Assembly (NCBI GenBank): GCA_044344255.1
Contig: JBIJDH010000006.1
Coordinates: 96,001 to 160,000 of the forward strand
DNA: 64,000 nucleotides
Source: Myxococcota bacterium
GTDB lineage: Bacteria; Myxococcota_A; UBA796; UBA2385
Direction: 5' to 3'
Made by a program: the position numbers and the translations under genes. Of the stretch, positions 35,303 to 44,089 are shown in pieces. The first letter of the stretch is position 1. The number at the start of each line of letters is the position of its first letter. The notes beneath the pieces are model-generated. The model worked only from the letters and a program-made list of their open reading frames with translations, did no database searches and was not told the origin of the DNA.

Positions 35303-36835
35303 TCAGCCCTTGAGGAAGAGCAGGGCCGTCTGCAAGGTGACCGCCAGCTCGGGGCTCGGGTCACTCCACGCCTTCCGCGCTTCGAGGAGCACGCCCTCGA
35401 GGCCCTTCAGGCGGAGGGCGGCGGCGGCGTCGATGGCGCGGACGTCTCGCTCGCCGACGCGGGAGAGGAGGTGGGCCTCGACCCACTCCCGATCGTGGCC
35501 GGTCATCGCGCGGAGGGGCGCCTGCTGGATGGCGTCGCCCGTGGTCGCGGACAAGGTGGCGAGGGCCTCTTCGCGCAGGGCCGCGTCGCCGGGGACGTAG
35601 GTGAAGGGCGCCTCGCCGCGCTCGGCCTGCTTGAGCTGTCGCCGGGCCTGATAGGCGGCCGGCTCCCACACCGCGCGGAGGGGCGTCGCGAGCCGGAGGG
35701 CGAGGGCGGCGGCGGGGCCCCAGGAGCGAGGTCCGGACGCGGGCGGGAGGTCGAGGCGGGTCACGATCGTGGCCCAGGCCCCCTCGCGCGCGGCGCGGTC
35801 ACCGGAGAGCAGCCGGTCCGTGAGCTCGGGGAGGGCGGCGGGGTCGGGGGCGGAGGGACCGGCGGGGGGGCGCAGCCGCGCGAGGCTGCGGTCGATCGCG
35901 GCCACCAGCGGCTCGCTCCAGCCCCAGCGGCGCCGCGCCTCCTCGAGGGCCGGGACCGCCGCGCGGAGGCCGATGGCGCCGATCGCGTCGGCGGCGCGCG
36001 GATCGCGGGCGCCGAGCTCGTAGACCAGCTTGTGCTCGGCCCACTGGCGGTCGTGCCCCTCCATCGCCTCGATGGCCGCGACGTCGATGGCGGGGGAGGC
36101 CTCCTCGAGGCTGGCCCAGAGGCGACGGATGAGCGCGGGGTCACCTGGTGCGTAGACGAGCCCGAGGGCCTCGGCGGTGGAGCCCCCGGCGAGCGCCTGG
36201 AGGGCCTCGGCGGCGGCGGCCGCGCCCGCCGGCCAGACGCTGTCGAGGCCGGTGATGGTGCGGGTGTAGAGGGTCCGGAGCGGCGTCTGGTGGGGCTTGT
36301 TGAGGGTGGCCGGGAGGGCGAGCTTCTCGATGAGCCCCTCCCAGGCGTGCATCCGCGCGGTCACGCTCGAGGCGCGCAGGGCCACGAGCAGGCCGGCGAT
36401 CGCCTCGGGCCCGGCGAGCTGGCGGAGGCTCCAGGCGGCCTCGGCGGCGTCGAGGGGGGCGAGCCCCTGGCCGAGCTCGGCGCCGAGACGAGCGGCGACG
36501 GCGGGGGAGGGGCGGAGCAGGGCGAGGGCGCGGGTGGCCGTGACGCGCACGGCGGGGCGGGGATCTGCCTCGAGCTTCTCGAAGAGGGGGATCGCTTCGG
36601 TCACCCCGAGGGCGGCGAGGGTCTCGATGGCCCGGGTGTCCCCCTGCTCGAGGGCGCGCTGCTCCAGGAGCTTGTCGGCGGCTGCCCGCTCCTCGGCGCT
36701 GAGGCGACCGATGTTGTCGAGATCGTAGGTGAGCTCGCCCTGGCTTCCGCCGCGGGCGACCTCATCTTGAAAGCGCTCGAACGGCGTGAGCTCTTGGGGA
36801 GTCGCGCCTGCTTCCGTGGCTGAACCAGCCTCCAT
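35303..36835 (-). CDS. HEAT-like alpha-solenoid protein with internal duplication; candidate immunity protein
   Basis: RAIETLAALG..EAIPLFEKL...VRVTATRAL HEAT-like units; two ~165-aa repeats (Y.PGD.AL...AM.GHDR.W.E...G.RD.RA.DA); 30 bp downstream of the toxin on the same strand. Confidence 0.7.
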   Translation of the reverse strand: MEAGSATEAGATPQELTPFERFQDEVARGGSQGELTYDLDNIGRLSAEERAAADKLLEQRALEQGDTRAIETLAALGVTEAIPLFEKLEADPRPAVRVTATRALALLRPSPAVAARLGAELGQGLAPLDAAEAAWSLRQLAGPEAIAGLLVALRASSVTARMHAWEGLIEKLALPATLNKPHQTPLRTLYTRTITGLDSVWPAGAAAAAEALQALAGGSTAEALGLVYAPGDPALIRRLWASLEEASPAIDVAAIEAMEGHDRQWAEHKLVYELGARDPRAADAIGAIGLRAAVPALEEARRRWGWSEPLVAAIDRSLARLRPPAGPSAPDPAALPELTDRLLSGDRAAREGAWATIVTRLDLPPASGPRSWGPAAALALRLATPLRAVWEPAAYQARRQLKQAERGEAPFTYVPGDAALREEALATLSATTGDAIQQAPLRAMTGHDREWVEAHLLSRVGERDVRAIDAAAALRLKGLEGVLLEARKAWSDPSPELAVTLQTALLFLKG

Positions 36836-36865
36836 GTACCATCCCGGTGACGTTGGCTGCGTCGA

Positions 36866-39800
36866 TCAGGGCGAGCCGCTCGCTGTCTTCTGGGCGGCGT
36901 ACTCGTCCATCCGCTGCTTGTTCTTGTCCTCCGCCAGGGTGACCATGCTGACCCGGTCGCCCTGCTGGTAGGTGCCCTTGATGCCGCCGCCCGTGAAGCG
37001 GTGGTCGGCCTCTTCGATGTTCGCGACCTTGACCGCGCAGGCGTAGAACGTGATGTCGGGGACGGGCAGCGCCTTCTCCTCGAAGAAGCCGGCGAAGGTG
37101 GGCTGCTCGATCTTGTTGAAGATGCTCTGATCGCGGCTGGAGCCGAGGCCCACGAAGCCGAGGTACCGCCGCCCGCTCACCTTGTTGGAGGCGTGCATGG
37201 CGTACGCCTGGGAGAGCGCGCCCCAGAGCTGGGTGTTCCAGGCGCCGTCGATGTTGAGGCCGTCAAAGAGGCCGCCGAGGGCGCTGGACTCGAGGGCGAC
37301 CTGGGCGTTGGCCTTGGCCATCGAGCAGCCGGGCTTGCCCGACCAGAAGGCGAAGGTGGAGGCGCCGGCCGCCTGCTTCGACATGTACTTGGCCAGCGCG
37401 TCGCAGATGGGATCGAACTCCGAGATGATGGACTTCATCGTGTCGGAGCCGAGGTCCTTGTACCGCCCGGCGGGGTCGACCGCGGGGGCGGCCTTGTAGG
37501 CGGAGTTCGTGCGCAGGATGGTCGAGACGGTCTGCAGCCAGATGCGCTCGGCGTCGCCGCCGGGGTCGCCCATGCCGATGCTGTTGGAGATGCGGATGAA
37601 GCGGCCCTTGAAGGTGGCGTAGAACTCGGAGGTCAGGGTCTCGCGCGGGTTGAGGTCGACCGGCTTCGCCGACTCGCCGAAGGCCGTGAAGCCCTTGGCG
37701 ATGTGCGTGCTGACCTCGGCTTCTTTCGTCCAGACGAGCGACTTGACCTTGTCGCGGGCGCCGTGCTTGTCCGGCATCGCCCACAGATTGTTGAGCAGCC
37801 TTCCGAGCGAGGTGATCCCGCCCTTGGCGGCGCGGAGGGCGGCGGCGGTCTCGGAGCGGACGGTGGTGTCGGCGATCGTGTTGAGCCGCCCCGTCCAGTC
37901 GGCGAGGAGCTGGTCGGCCGGGGTCGGCGTGCTGGCGACCATCGGGGTCAGGCTGCCGCCCGCCGTGGCCACCCACATGCTGTGCGACTCGGCCCCCGCG
38001 GTGAAGCCCTGGCGCTGCTCGAGGGCGCCGGTGAGCTCGGTTTGCTGGGCCTCCGGTGTGGAGGCGCCGGTGACCTGGCCGGCGGTGGCGGCGTCGATCG
38101 CCTGCTGGACCTCGGCGGGGAGCTCGACGCTGGTGACGCTCACGAGCTCGACGGAGATGTTGCTGCTGCGCAGATCGGCGGCGGTCCCGCGCTTGATCTC
38201 GGTGGCGATGGCCCCGAACTGCGCGGACAGGCCGACCACGCCCACCGCGGCGGTGCGGGCGGCGGCGGCGGAGCCGAGGGCGGAGGTGAGGCGGCTCTGG
38301 GCGCTCCCCTGGCGGCCGGCGTCGAGCGGCTGGTCATTGCTGCTCTTCAGCCGCGCGGCGCCGTGCATGGTCATGCCGATGGCGCCGTAGTCCTTGTCGC
38401 GGACGGTGAGCCGGGGCGTGACCAGGGTGACCGAGCCCGGGGTGGCGGTGGTGCCGCGGCCTTGCTGGCTGTTGCCGCCGGTGTTGGCGGCGTCGACGCC
38501 GTTGCCGCCGGTGGCCTGCCCTTGGTTCGCGTTCGACTGCTGGGCGGTGCCCGGCGCGGCGCCGGCCTGGGTCTGGGCGCCGTCCGGCGTGGCGGTGTTG
38601 GTGCCCGCCTGCACCTGCGTGCCCTGCTGGGTGCCCGACTTCGCCTTGGACTCCTTCGGCTTGAAGAGGTCCTTGGCCTTGGCGATCAGCTTCTCGATGC
38701 CGTCGTCGATGCGCTTGTGGAGGGCCTGGAGGACCTCCCGCACCTTCTTGCCGATGCCGGAGACGCCGATCAGCTTGGCGAGCAGATCGATGGCGATGGG
38801 GATCATGCCGGCGAGGGCCGACTCGACCTGGGCCGCCGCGCCGCCGATGGCGCCGGTGGCGATGGCGTGCACCGAGCCGATGATCGACTTCACGACGCCG
38901 TAGATGCGGCTGATCTGATCCCGCATGAATTCGTAGAGGCGCCAGGCGGTCATCACCGCCTGAACGATGGCGCCCACGGGGTTGAACATCGTCGCGATCT
39001 TGGTGACCGCGGCGATGACGATCTTCTCCATGAGGAAGCTCTGGATCTTGCTCACGACCTCGTCGTAGATGCCGTCGAGGTGCTCGGTCAGGTTGTTGGC
39101 CAGCCCCTCGAGGCCGCCCGACCACATCGTGTCGACGAAGCCCACCACCTGCTGCATCTTCTCGACGTTCTCGGCGCCGATGTGCTTCTTGGCCTTCTCG
39201 AGGACGTACTCCTTGTCGATGCCGGTCACCTGCATGACGAGGGAGGCGATGCCCCCGGCGTCGAAGGCGGTGGGCATCGTGATGCCGGCGTCGCCGGCCT
39301 GACCGGTGAGCCAGTTCACGAAGCCGGTCTTCAGGTGATCGACGAAGTGGTCCTTGAAGTTGTTGAAGCCGAGGGCGGCGGCGTCGATGAGGTTGCCGAC
39401 GAACTGGCCCGGGCTCTTGACGATGATGCTGATCGTCTCTTCGCCCTGGGCCATCACGCTGCGGAACTCGGCAGGGTCAATTCCGCAGAGCTTGAGGGCG
39501 GCCTCGAGGGCCATCCACAGGAGCTCCTGCCAGTTGCCGGTGGCGAGGGCCTTGGCGATCTCGAGGGCGGCGTTGACCGCCTCGTTGAAGGTGTCGGAGA
39601 TGGCCTTCAGCGTGTTGTTGATCGCGTCGCAGACCTGGGCGATGGTCTCCTTCAGCCGGTCGGCGAAGTGGTCGACCATCTCACAGGCGAGCTCGACGGC
39701 CTCGTCGATGAAGGCGCAGAGCGCCCGGGCGAGCCCGGGGAAGATGCTGCCGAGCAGGTTGTTGACGAGGCTCTTCAGGTACTCGCCGAAGGCCTTGATC

Positions 39801-42800
39801 ACGCTCTTGACGAAGCTGGCGGCGGCCTCGATGATCCTGTTGGCGAAGGCCTTGGCGGCGTCGAGGATCGTGGCGACGAGGCTGCGGACGGCGTCAAAGA
39901 TGGCGGTGACGGCCTCGGCGACGGCCTTGATGGCGTCGGCGACGAAGTCTACGGCCTTCTGCCACCAGGAGCGGTCCTTGGACTTCTCCTCGGCGGCCTT
40001 CTTCTCATCGGCGGCGCTCTTCTCGGCCTTCGAGACCTCCTGGCCGGCCTTCTGCTCGGCCTTCTGGAACTCGCTGTCGATCTTGGCGCCGTCCTGGGTG
40101 ACCCGGCTCTGAATGGAGCTGAGGTCAGAAGACTGCTTCCGACGGGCGTCGGAGTCGACCTTGCTGATCTCCTTCTGCTGCGCCTGGATCGTGCTCTGCT
40201 GCTCGGACGTGATGTCGGCGCGGGCCGAGCGGACCGCGTCCTCCTGGGCCGTCTGGGCCTCCTGGTTCGAGCGCTCGACCTCGGTCTGGGCGCGGCTGAT
40301 CTCGGTCTCGTGGGCGGTGTCGCGAGTGGTGGCGGCGGCGTCGAACTCGGCCTGGGCCTGGCTCATCGCCCCGTCCATGCCCGGGGCCATCGCCTCGTCG
40401 AACTTGGCCTGCACGTCGGCGGGCAGGTTGAGCGAGAGGTACTCCTCGAACTCGGGGAGCTGCTCGGTGCCGGAGATCGCGCCGAGCGCGATGTCGGGCA
40501 CCTCGGTCTCTTCACTCAGCTCCTTCAGCGTGACCTGCTCGGGGCCGGGGCCGGTGCGGATGGCCAGCTCGGCCTCGACCTGGGCGGCCTGGGCCTGGGC
40601 CATACCCTCGGAACGCTGACGCTCGGTGCGCTGGGGGTCCTGCTCACCCTGGAGCTTGATCGCCGGCTTCGGGTTGGGCGTGGTGGCGATGGTGCCGTCG
40701 GTGGTCTTGATCTGGCGGATCGCGCTGGCGCCGGCCTGGGCCTTCTGGTCGTCCGTCGCCGCGGCGGGGAGGCTGCTCAGGCTCTGGCCGACCGAGGCGT
40801 TGCCGGTGAAGCGGCCCGGGTTGGTCGGCGTGACCGGGGGCGGCGTGGGCGTCTGCCCCTGCACCTGATCGGTGATCTCGGCGCGCTGGGCGTCGACCTC
40901 GCCGTCGCCCTTCGCGTCCGGCGCCATCTGGCCGGACATCGTGGCGGTGAAGGTGGGGAGGGCCTCGTTGAGGGCCGCTCCCTCGACCTGGAAGCCTGCG
41001 TCGACGTTCCCGCCGAGCGAGGGCCAGGAGGCCGCCTGCTGAGTGGCGCCGGCCGTGGCGAAGTTCTTGAACGACTCGGCCGCGGTCTGCCCCGCGGCGA
41101 CGGGCTCGGGGGCCGGCGCCGGGGCCGAGCCCGCGCCCATGCCGCCGGAGCCGCCGATGGAGCCGGCCGAGCTCGTGGAGGAGGCCGTGGAGGTCGAGCC
41201 GCCGCCGCCGCCACCGCCACCGCCACCGTCTGTGGAGGTGGTGGAGGTGCTCGATGCGGTGGAGCCGGTCGATGCGGCCGAGCTGCCCTCTACGCTGGAC
41301 TCCCCGCTCGCGCCGCCGGTGGCGCCGCCCTCCTCGCTGTTGCCGAAGCGCTGGCTCATGCGGTCGGCGATGGCCGGGGCCTCTTCACTGCCGGCGAGCC
41401 GAGACACCGCCTCGGCGGGGTTGGAGAGGGCCTGCTGCGCCTGCCCGGCGTAGCCCTGGGCCTGCCCGGCGACCTGCTGGACCTGCCCGGCGGCGCCCTG
41501 CACGGCGCTGCCGATCTCGCCGAGGGTGCCTCCCATGCCGGAGAGCTGGCCCGCGGTCTCGCTCACCCGCCCGGCGAGCTCGCCCACGCTGCCGAGCGCG
41601 CCGCTGAGCTCGCCGGCCACGTCGGCGCCCTGGCTGAGCGCGTCTCCGAGGCCGGGGGCCGCGCCGAGGAGGGCGCTGACGGCCTCGCCTGCGAAGCCCT
41701 TGGCCTCGCGCTCGTGAGCGTCACCGGGCTGAGAGATACCCGCGCCACCGCCACCTTCGACGGCGTGGTGGAGCTCTTCGGCGAGGAGCTTGACCTTGCC
41801 GGGGTCGCCCATCGAGGGGGCCTGACCGCGGCCAAAGAAGATGTCCTGACCCTCGGTCATCGCGCGGGCCTTGTGGCCCTGGGCGTAGGCTTGCGAGGCG
41901 GCGTCGGTGTGCACGCGCACCTTGTCGATCGCGCCGCCGAAGAGGCCCTGGAAGCCCTTCTTCAGGTCTGAAGGGAGCTGCTGGCCCTTGCCCGTGGGGC
42001 GGGCGACGTCGGGGCGCGCGTCCCGGCGGAGGAAGCCGAAGGCGTTGCGGTTCTTCTTGCGGCCGGCGGGCTTGGGGGCCTCGAAGATGCGGTCGAGCAG
42101 GGCGTCGGGCACGCCCTCGGCCTTGAGCCGGCCCTTGTAGTGCTCGCTGCCGCCGGTGAAGGTCTTGGCGGCCGAGACGAGCTCGTCGTCGGTGTAGATC
42201 TCGCGGATGGCCTCGTACCAGCCCTTGCCACCGCGGTTCTCGTAGTGCCACCACTCCTTCTTATTGTAGGACTTCTCCCAGCCGTTGTGGGCGGGGATGC
42301 GGTTCCAGCCGAACTTGGCGGCGAGGCCGGTGACGTCGAGGAACTTCTTCTGGCCGGCGCCCTTGCCGAAGGGGTTGGTGTCGGCGGTCTTGAGCTGGTC
42401 TTCCGTCAGCGTCACCATCAGGGCGCTGTTGTCGCTCTCGCCTGGAGTCCCGCCCGTGGGCGCGGCCTGGGTGCGGTCACCGCCGTTCCCTGCGCCCTGC
42501 TGCTCGTTCGGCTTCGCCTCTTCCTTCACGGGGAGGTAGAGCCGGAACATCATCCGCTCGGTGCCCCCCTCCTCCTTCTGGGCGTCCTTCAAGATGAGCC
42601 AGGGGAGGTCCTGGTTGAGATCGAGGGCGCGGCCGGTCTTGTGCCAGCTCACGTTGTCGGCGCCCACCTTGCGGGTGGTGTAGTCGAGGCCGCGCGAGGT
42701 GTCGCCGAAGCCGGTCGACACGTCGTGCCCGGTGATCTTCTTGACCTCGTCGGCGAACTTGCGGAAGCCCTCGACCACGGCGTCGGACAGCTTCTCGTGC

Positions 42801-43996
42801 GGCTTCGTGCCGTCCTTGGCCACCGGCGTGAGCTTGTGGGTGGTCTTATCCTTGTCGGCGTCGACGTCGCGGGCGAGCACGGCGCCCTCGCCGGCCTGCT
42901 GCCCGGACTCGACGGCGAGCCCCGCCGAGGCCACGGCCGGCCCGTCGACGTCGAGCCCGCCGAGGTCTGCGCCCTGCAGACCGCCGTTCGTGGCGTCGGC
43001 GACCGCGCCTTCGCTGGCGAGCGAGCCGCCGAGGGCGGTGACCGGCGCGGTGACCGGCGCGGTGTCCGCGTCGTTGTCGACGCTGTGACCGTGGCCGATG
43101 GACTGGACGACCGTGGCGGCGCGGGCCTCGGCCTCGATCTCGGTGGCGTCGGTGGGCCGGGAGACGTTCATGCCCTCGCCGCGGTCACCGGTCGGGCGCA
43201 GGCGGCCCTCCTGGTGCTGTACGACGTGGGTGAGCTCGTGCGCGATGAGGTGAAGGCCCTCTCGGCTGCTCGGGTTGAACTCGCCCTGGTTGAAGTAGAC
43301 GTCGGTGCCCACGGTGAAGGCGCGGGCGTGGATGGCGTCGGCGGCCTGCACGGCGGCGCCGTCGGTGTGGAGGCGGACCTGCGAGAAGTCCACCCCGCCG
43401 AAGGCGTTGCCGAGCTTGCTCTCGAGCTCGGTGGAGATGGGCCGGCCGCCGCGGCGGGTGGCGGTCTCGACCTTGGAGATGGAGCGACGATCCCAGGCGC
43501 CGCCGCCGGGGGCGTCGGCGTGGCGGGCGACGGCCTCCCCGGTGAGTGCGCTCGGCCCGGACACCCCGAGGCCAGCGACCCCGAGGCTGCTGCCGCCTCC
43601 GTTTCCGGAGCCGTACTGGCCGAGCCAACCGTTGACGAAGCTGTTCGAGAAGAGGCCGCTGGCGCTGTCGGCGACGAGCACGCCGGCGGCGCCGAGGGTC
43701 ATGGCGCCCTGGACCACCTGGACGGGGCCGCCGTCGATGCCCGAGAGCGCGGCCTGCACGAGGCTGTTGCCGTAGACCTCATGCAGCGAGGCGTTCAGGC
43801 CCGCCTGGGGCTCCTGACCCGGCAGGTGCCCCGCGATCCGTCCGGAGCTCTGCTCCGGCGACCGCACACGCTGTTCGGCGCGCTCTTCTTCCTCGCCGCG
43901 GAGGCCGGGGATCGGGCCCCTGGACGGCGCAGGCCGGCGACCCCGGGAGGAGTCGGTTTGAGGACCGGAAGACTCGAAGCCAAAGGAAGGGGGCAT
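36866..43996 (-). CDS. Giant polymorphic toxin (~2376 aa): DUF4157 - M15 Zn-peptidase - degenerate DUF4157 - helical region - C-terminal CD38-like ADP-ribosyl cyclase/NADase
   Basis: ATG 43996 after GGAGG; DFSQVRLHTD...ARAFTVG...LIAHELTHVVQ; SWHKTGRALD...EWWHYE; VRVHTD...ARAMTEG...LLAEELHH; FWSG...ALESSALG...LWGALSQAYA...SIFNKIEQP. Confidence 0.85.
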   Translation of the reverse strand: MPPSFGFESSGPQTDSSRGRRPAPSRGPIPGLRGEEEERAEQRVRSPEQSSGRIAGHLPGQEPQAGLNASLHEVYGNSLVQAALSGIDGGPVQVVQGAMTLGAAGVLVADSASGLFSNSFVNGWLGQYGSGNGGGSSLGVAGLGVSGPSALTGEAVARHADAPGGGAWDRRSISKVETATRRGGRPISTELESKLGNAFGGVDFSQVRLHTDGAAVQAADAIHARAFTVGTDVYFNQGEFNPSSREGLHLIAHELTHVVQHQEGRLRPTGDRGEGMNVSRPTDATEIEAEARAATVVQSIGHGHSVDNDADTAPVTAPVTALGGSLASEGAVADATNGGLQGADLGGLDVDGPAVASAGLAVESGQQAGEGAVLARDVDADKDKTTHKLTPVAKDGTKPHEKLSDAVVEGFRKFADEVKKITGHDVSTGFGDTSRGLDYTTRKVGADNVSWHKTGRALDLNQDLPWLILKDAQKEEGGTERMMFRLYLPVKEEAKPNEQQGAGNGGDRTQAAPTGGTPGESDNSALMVTLTEDQLKTADTNPFGKGAGQKKFLDVTGLAAKFGWNRIPAHNGWEKSYNKKEWWHYENRGGKGWYEAIREIYTDDELVSAAKTFTGGSEHYKGRLKAEGVPDALLDRIFEAPKPAGRKKNRNAFGFLRRDARPDVARPTGKGQQLPSDLKKGFQGLFGGAIDKVRVHTDAASQAYAQGHKARAMTEGQDIFFGRGQAPSMGDPGKVKLLAEELHHAVEGGGGAGISQPGDAHEREAKGFAGEAVSALLGAAPGLGDALSQGADVAGELSGALGSVGELAGRVSETAGQLSGMGGTLGEIGSAVQGAAGQVQQVAGQAQGYAGQAQQALSNPAEAVSRLAGSEEAPAIADRMSQRFGNSEEGGATGGASGESSVEGSSAASTGSTASSTSTTSTDGGGGGGGGGGSTSTASSTSSAGSIGGSGGMGAGSAPAPAPEPVAAGQTAAESFKNFATAGATQQAASWPSLGGNVDAGFQVEGAALNEALPTFTATMSGQMAPDAKGDGEVDAQRAEITDQVQGQTPTPPPVTPTNPGRFTGNASVGQSLSSLPAAATDDQKAQAGASAIRQIKTTDGTIATTPNPKPAIKLQGEQDPQRTERQRSEGMAQAQAAQVEAELAIRTGPGPEQVTLKELSEETEVPDIALGAISGTEQLPEFEEYLSLNLPADVQAKFDEAMAPGMDGAMSQAQAEFDAAATTRDTAHETEISRAQTEVERSNQEAQTAQEDAVRSARADITSEQQSTIQAQQKEISKVDSDARRKQSSDLSSIQSRVTQDGAKIDSEFQKAEQKAGQEVSKAEKSAADEKKAAEEKSKDRSWWQKAVDFVADAIKAVAEAVTAIFDAVRSLVATILDAAKAFANRIIEAAASFVKSVIKAFGEYLKSLVNNLLGSIFPGLARALCAFIDEAVELACEMVDHFADRLKETIAQVCDAINNTLKAISDTFNEAVNAALEIAKALATGNWQELLWMALEAALKLCGIDPAEFRSVMAQGEETISIIVKSPGQFVGNLIDAAALGFNNFKDHFVDHLKTGFVNWLTGQAGDAGITMPTAFDAGGIASLVMQVTGIDKEYVLEKAKKHIGAENVEKMQQVVGFVDTMWSGGLEGLANNLTEHLDGIYDEVVSKIQSFLMEKIVIAAVTKIATMFNPVGAIVQAVMTAWRLYEFMRDQISRIYGVVKSIIGSVHAIATGAIGGAAAQVESALAGMIPIAIDLLAKLIGVSGIGKKVREVLQALHKRIDDGIEKLIAKAKDLFKPKESKAKSGTQQGTQVQAGTNTATPDGAQTQAGAAPGTAQQSNANQGQATGGNGVDAANTGGNSQQGRGTTATPGSVTLVTPRLTVRDKDYGAIGMTMHGAARLKSSNDQPLDAGRQGSAQSRLTSALGSAAAARTAAVGVVGLSAQFGAIATEIKRGTAADLRSSNISVELVSVTSVELPAEVQQAIDAATAGQVTGASTPEAQQTELTGALEQRQGFTAGAESHSMWVATAGGSLTPMVASTPTPADQLLADWTGRLNTIADTTVRSETAAALRAAKGGITSLGRLLNNLWAMPDKHGARDKVKSLVWTKEAEVSTHIAKGFTAFGESAKPVDLNPRETLTSEFYATFKGRFIRISNSIGMGDPGGDAERIWLQTVSTILRTNSAYKAAPAVDPAGRYKDLGSDTMKSIISEFDPICDALAKYMSKQAAGASTFAFWSGKPGCSMAKANAQVALESSALGGLFDGLNIDGAWNTQLWGALSQAYAMHASNKVSGRRYLGFVGLGSSRDQSIFNKIEQPTFAGFFEEKALPVPDITFYACAVKVANIEEADHRFTGGGIKGTYQQGDRVSMVTLAEDKNKQRMDEYAAQKTASGSP

Positions 43997-44089
43997 CCTG
44001 CCTCCGAACGCACGGATACGCGGGGATGTTATCACCGCCGGCCGTCCTGGTCGGCACAAAGCGGGTGCCTTTTGTTGGAGATTCCGACC

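Noticed and set aside
37001..41971. 1656-aa + strand ORF
   Set aside because: Antisense shadow of the toxin gene.
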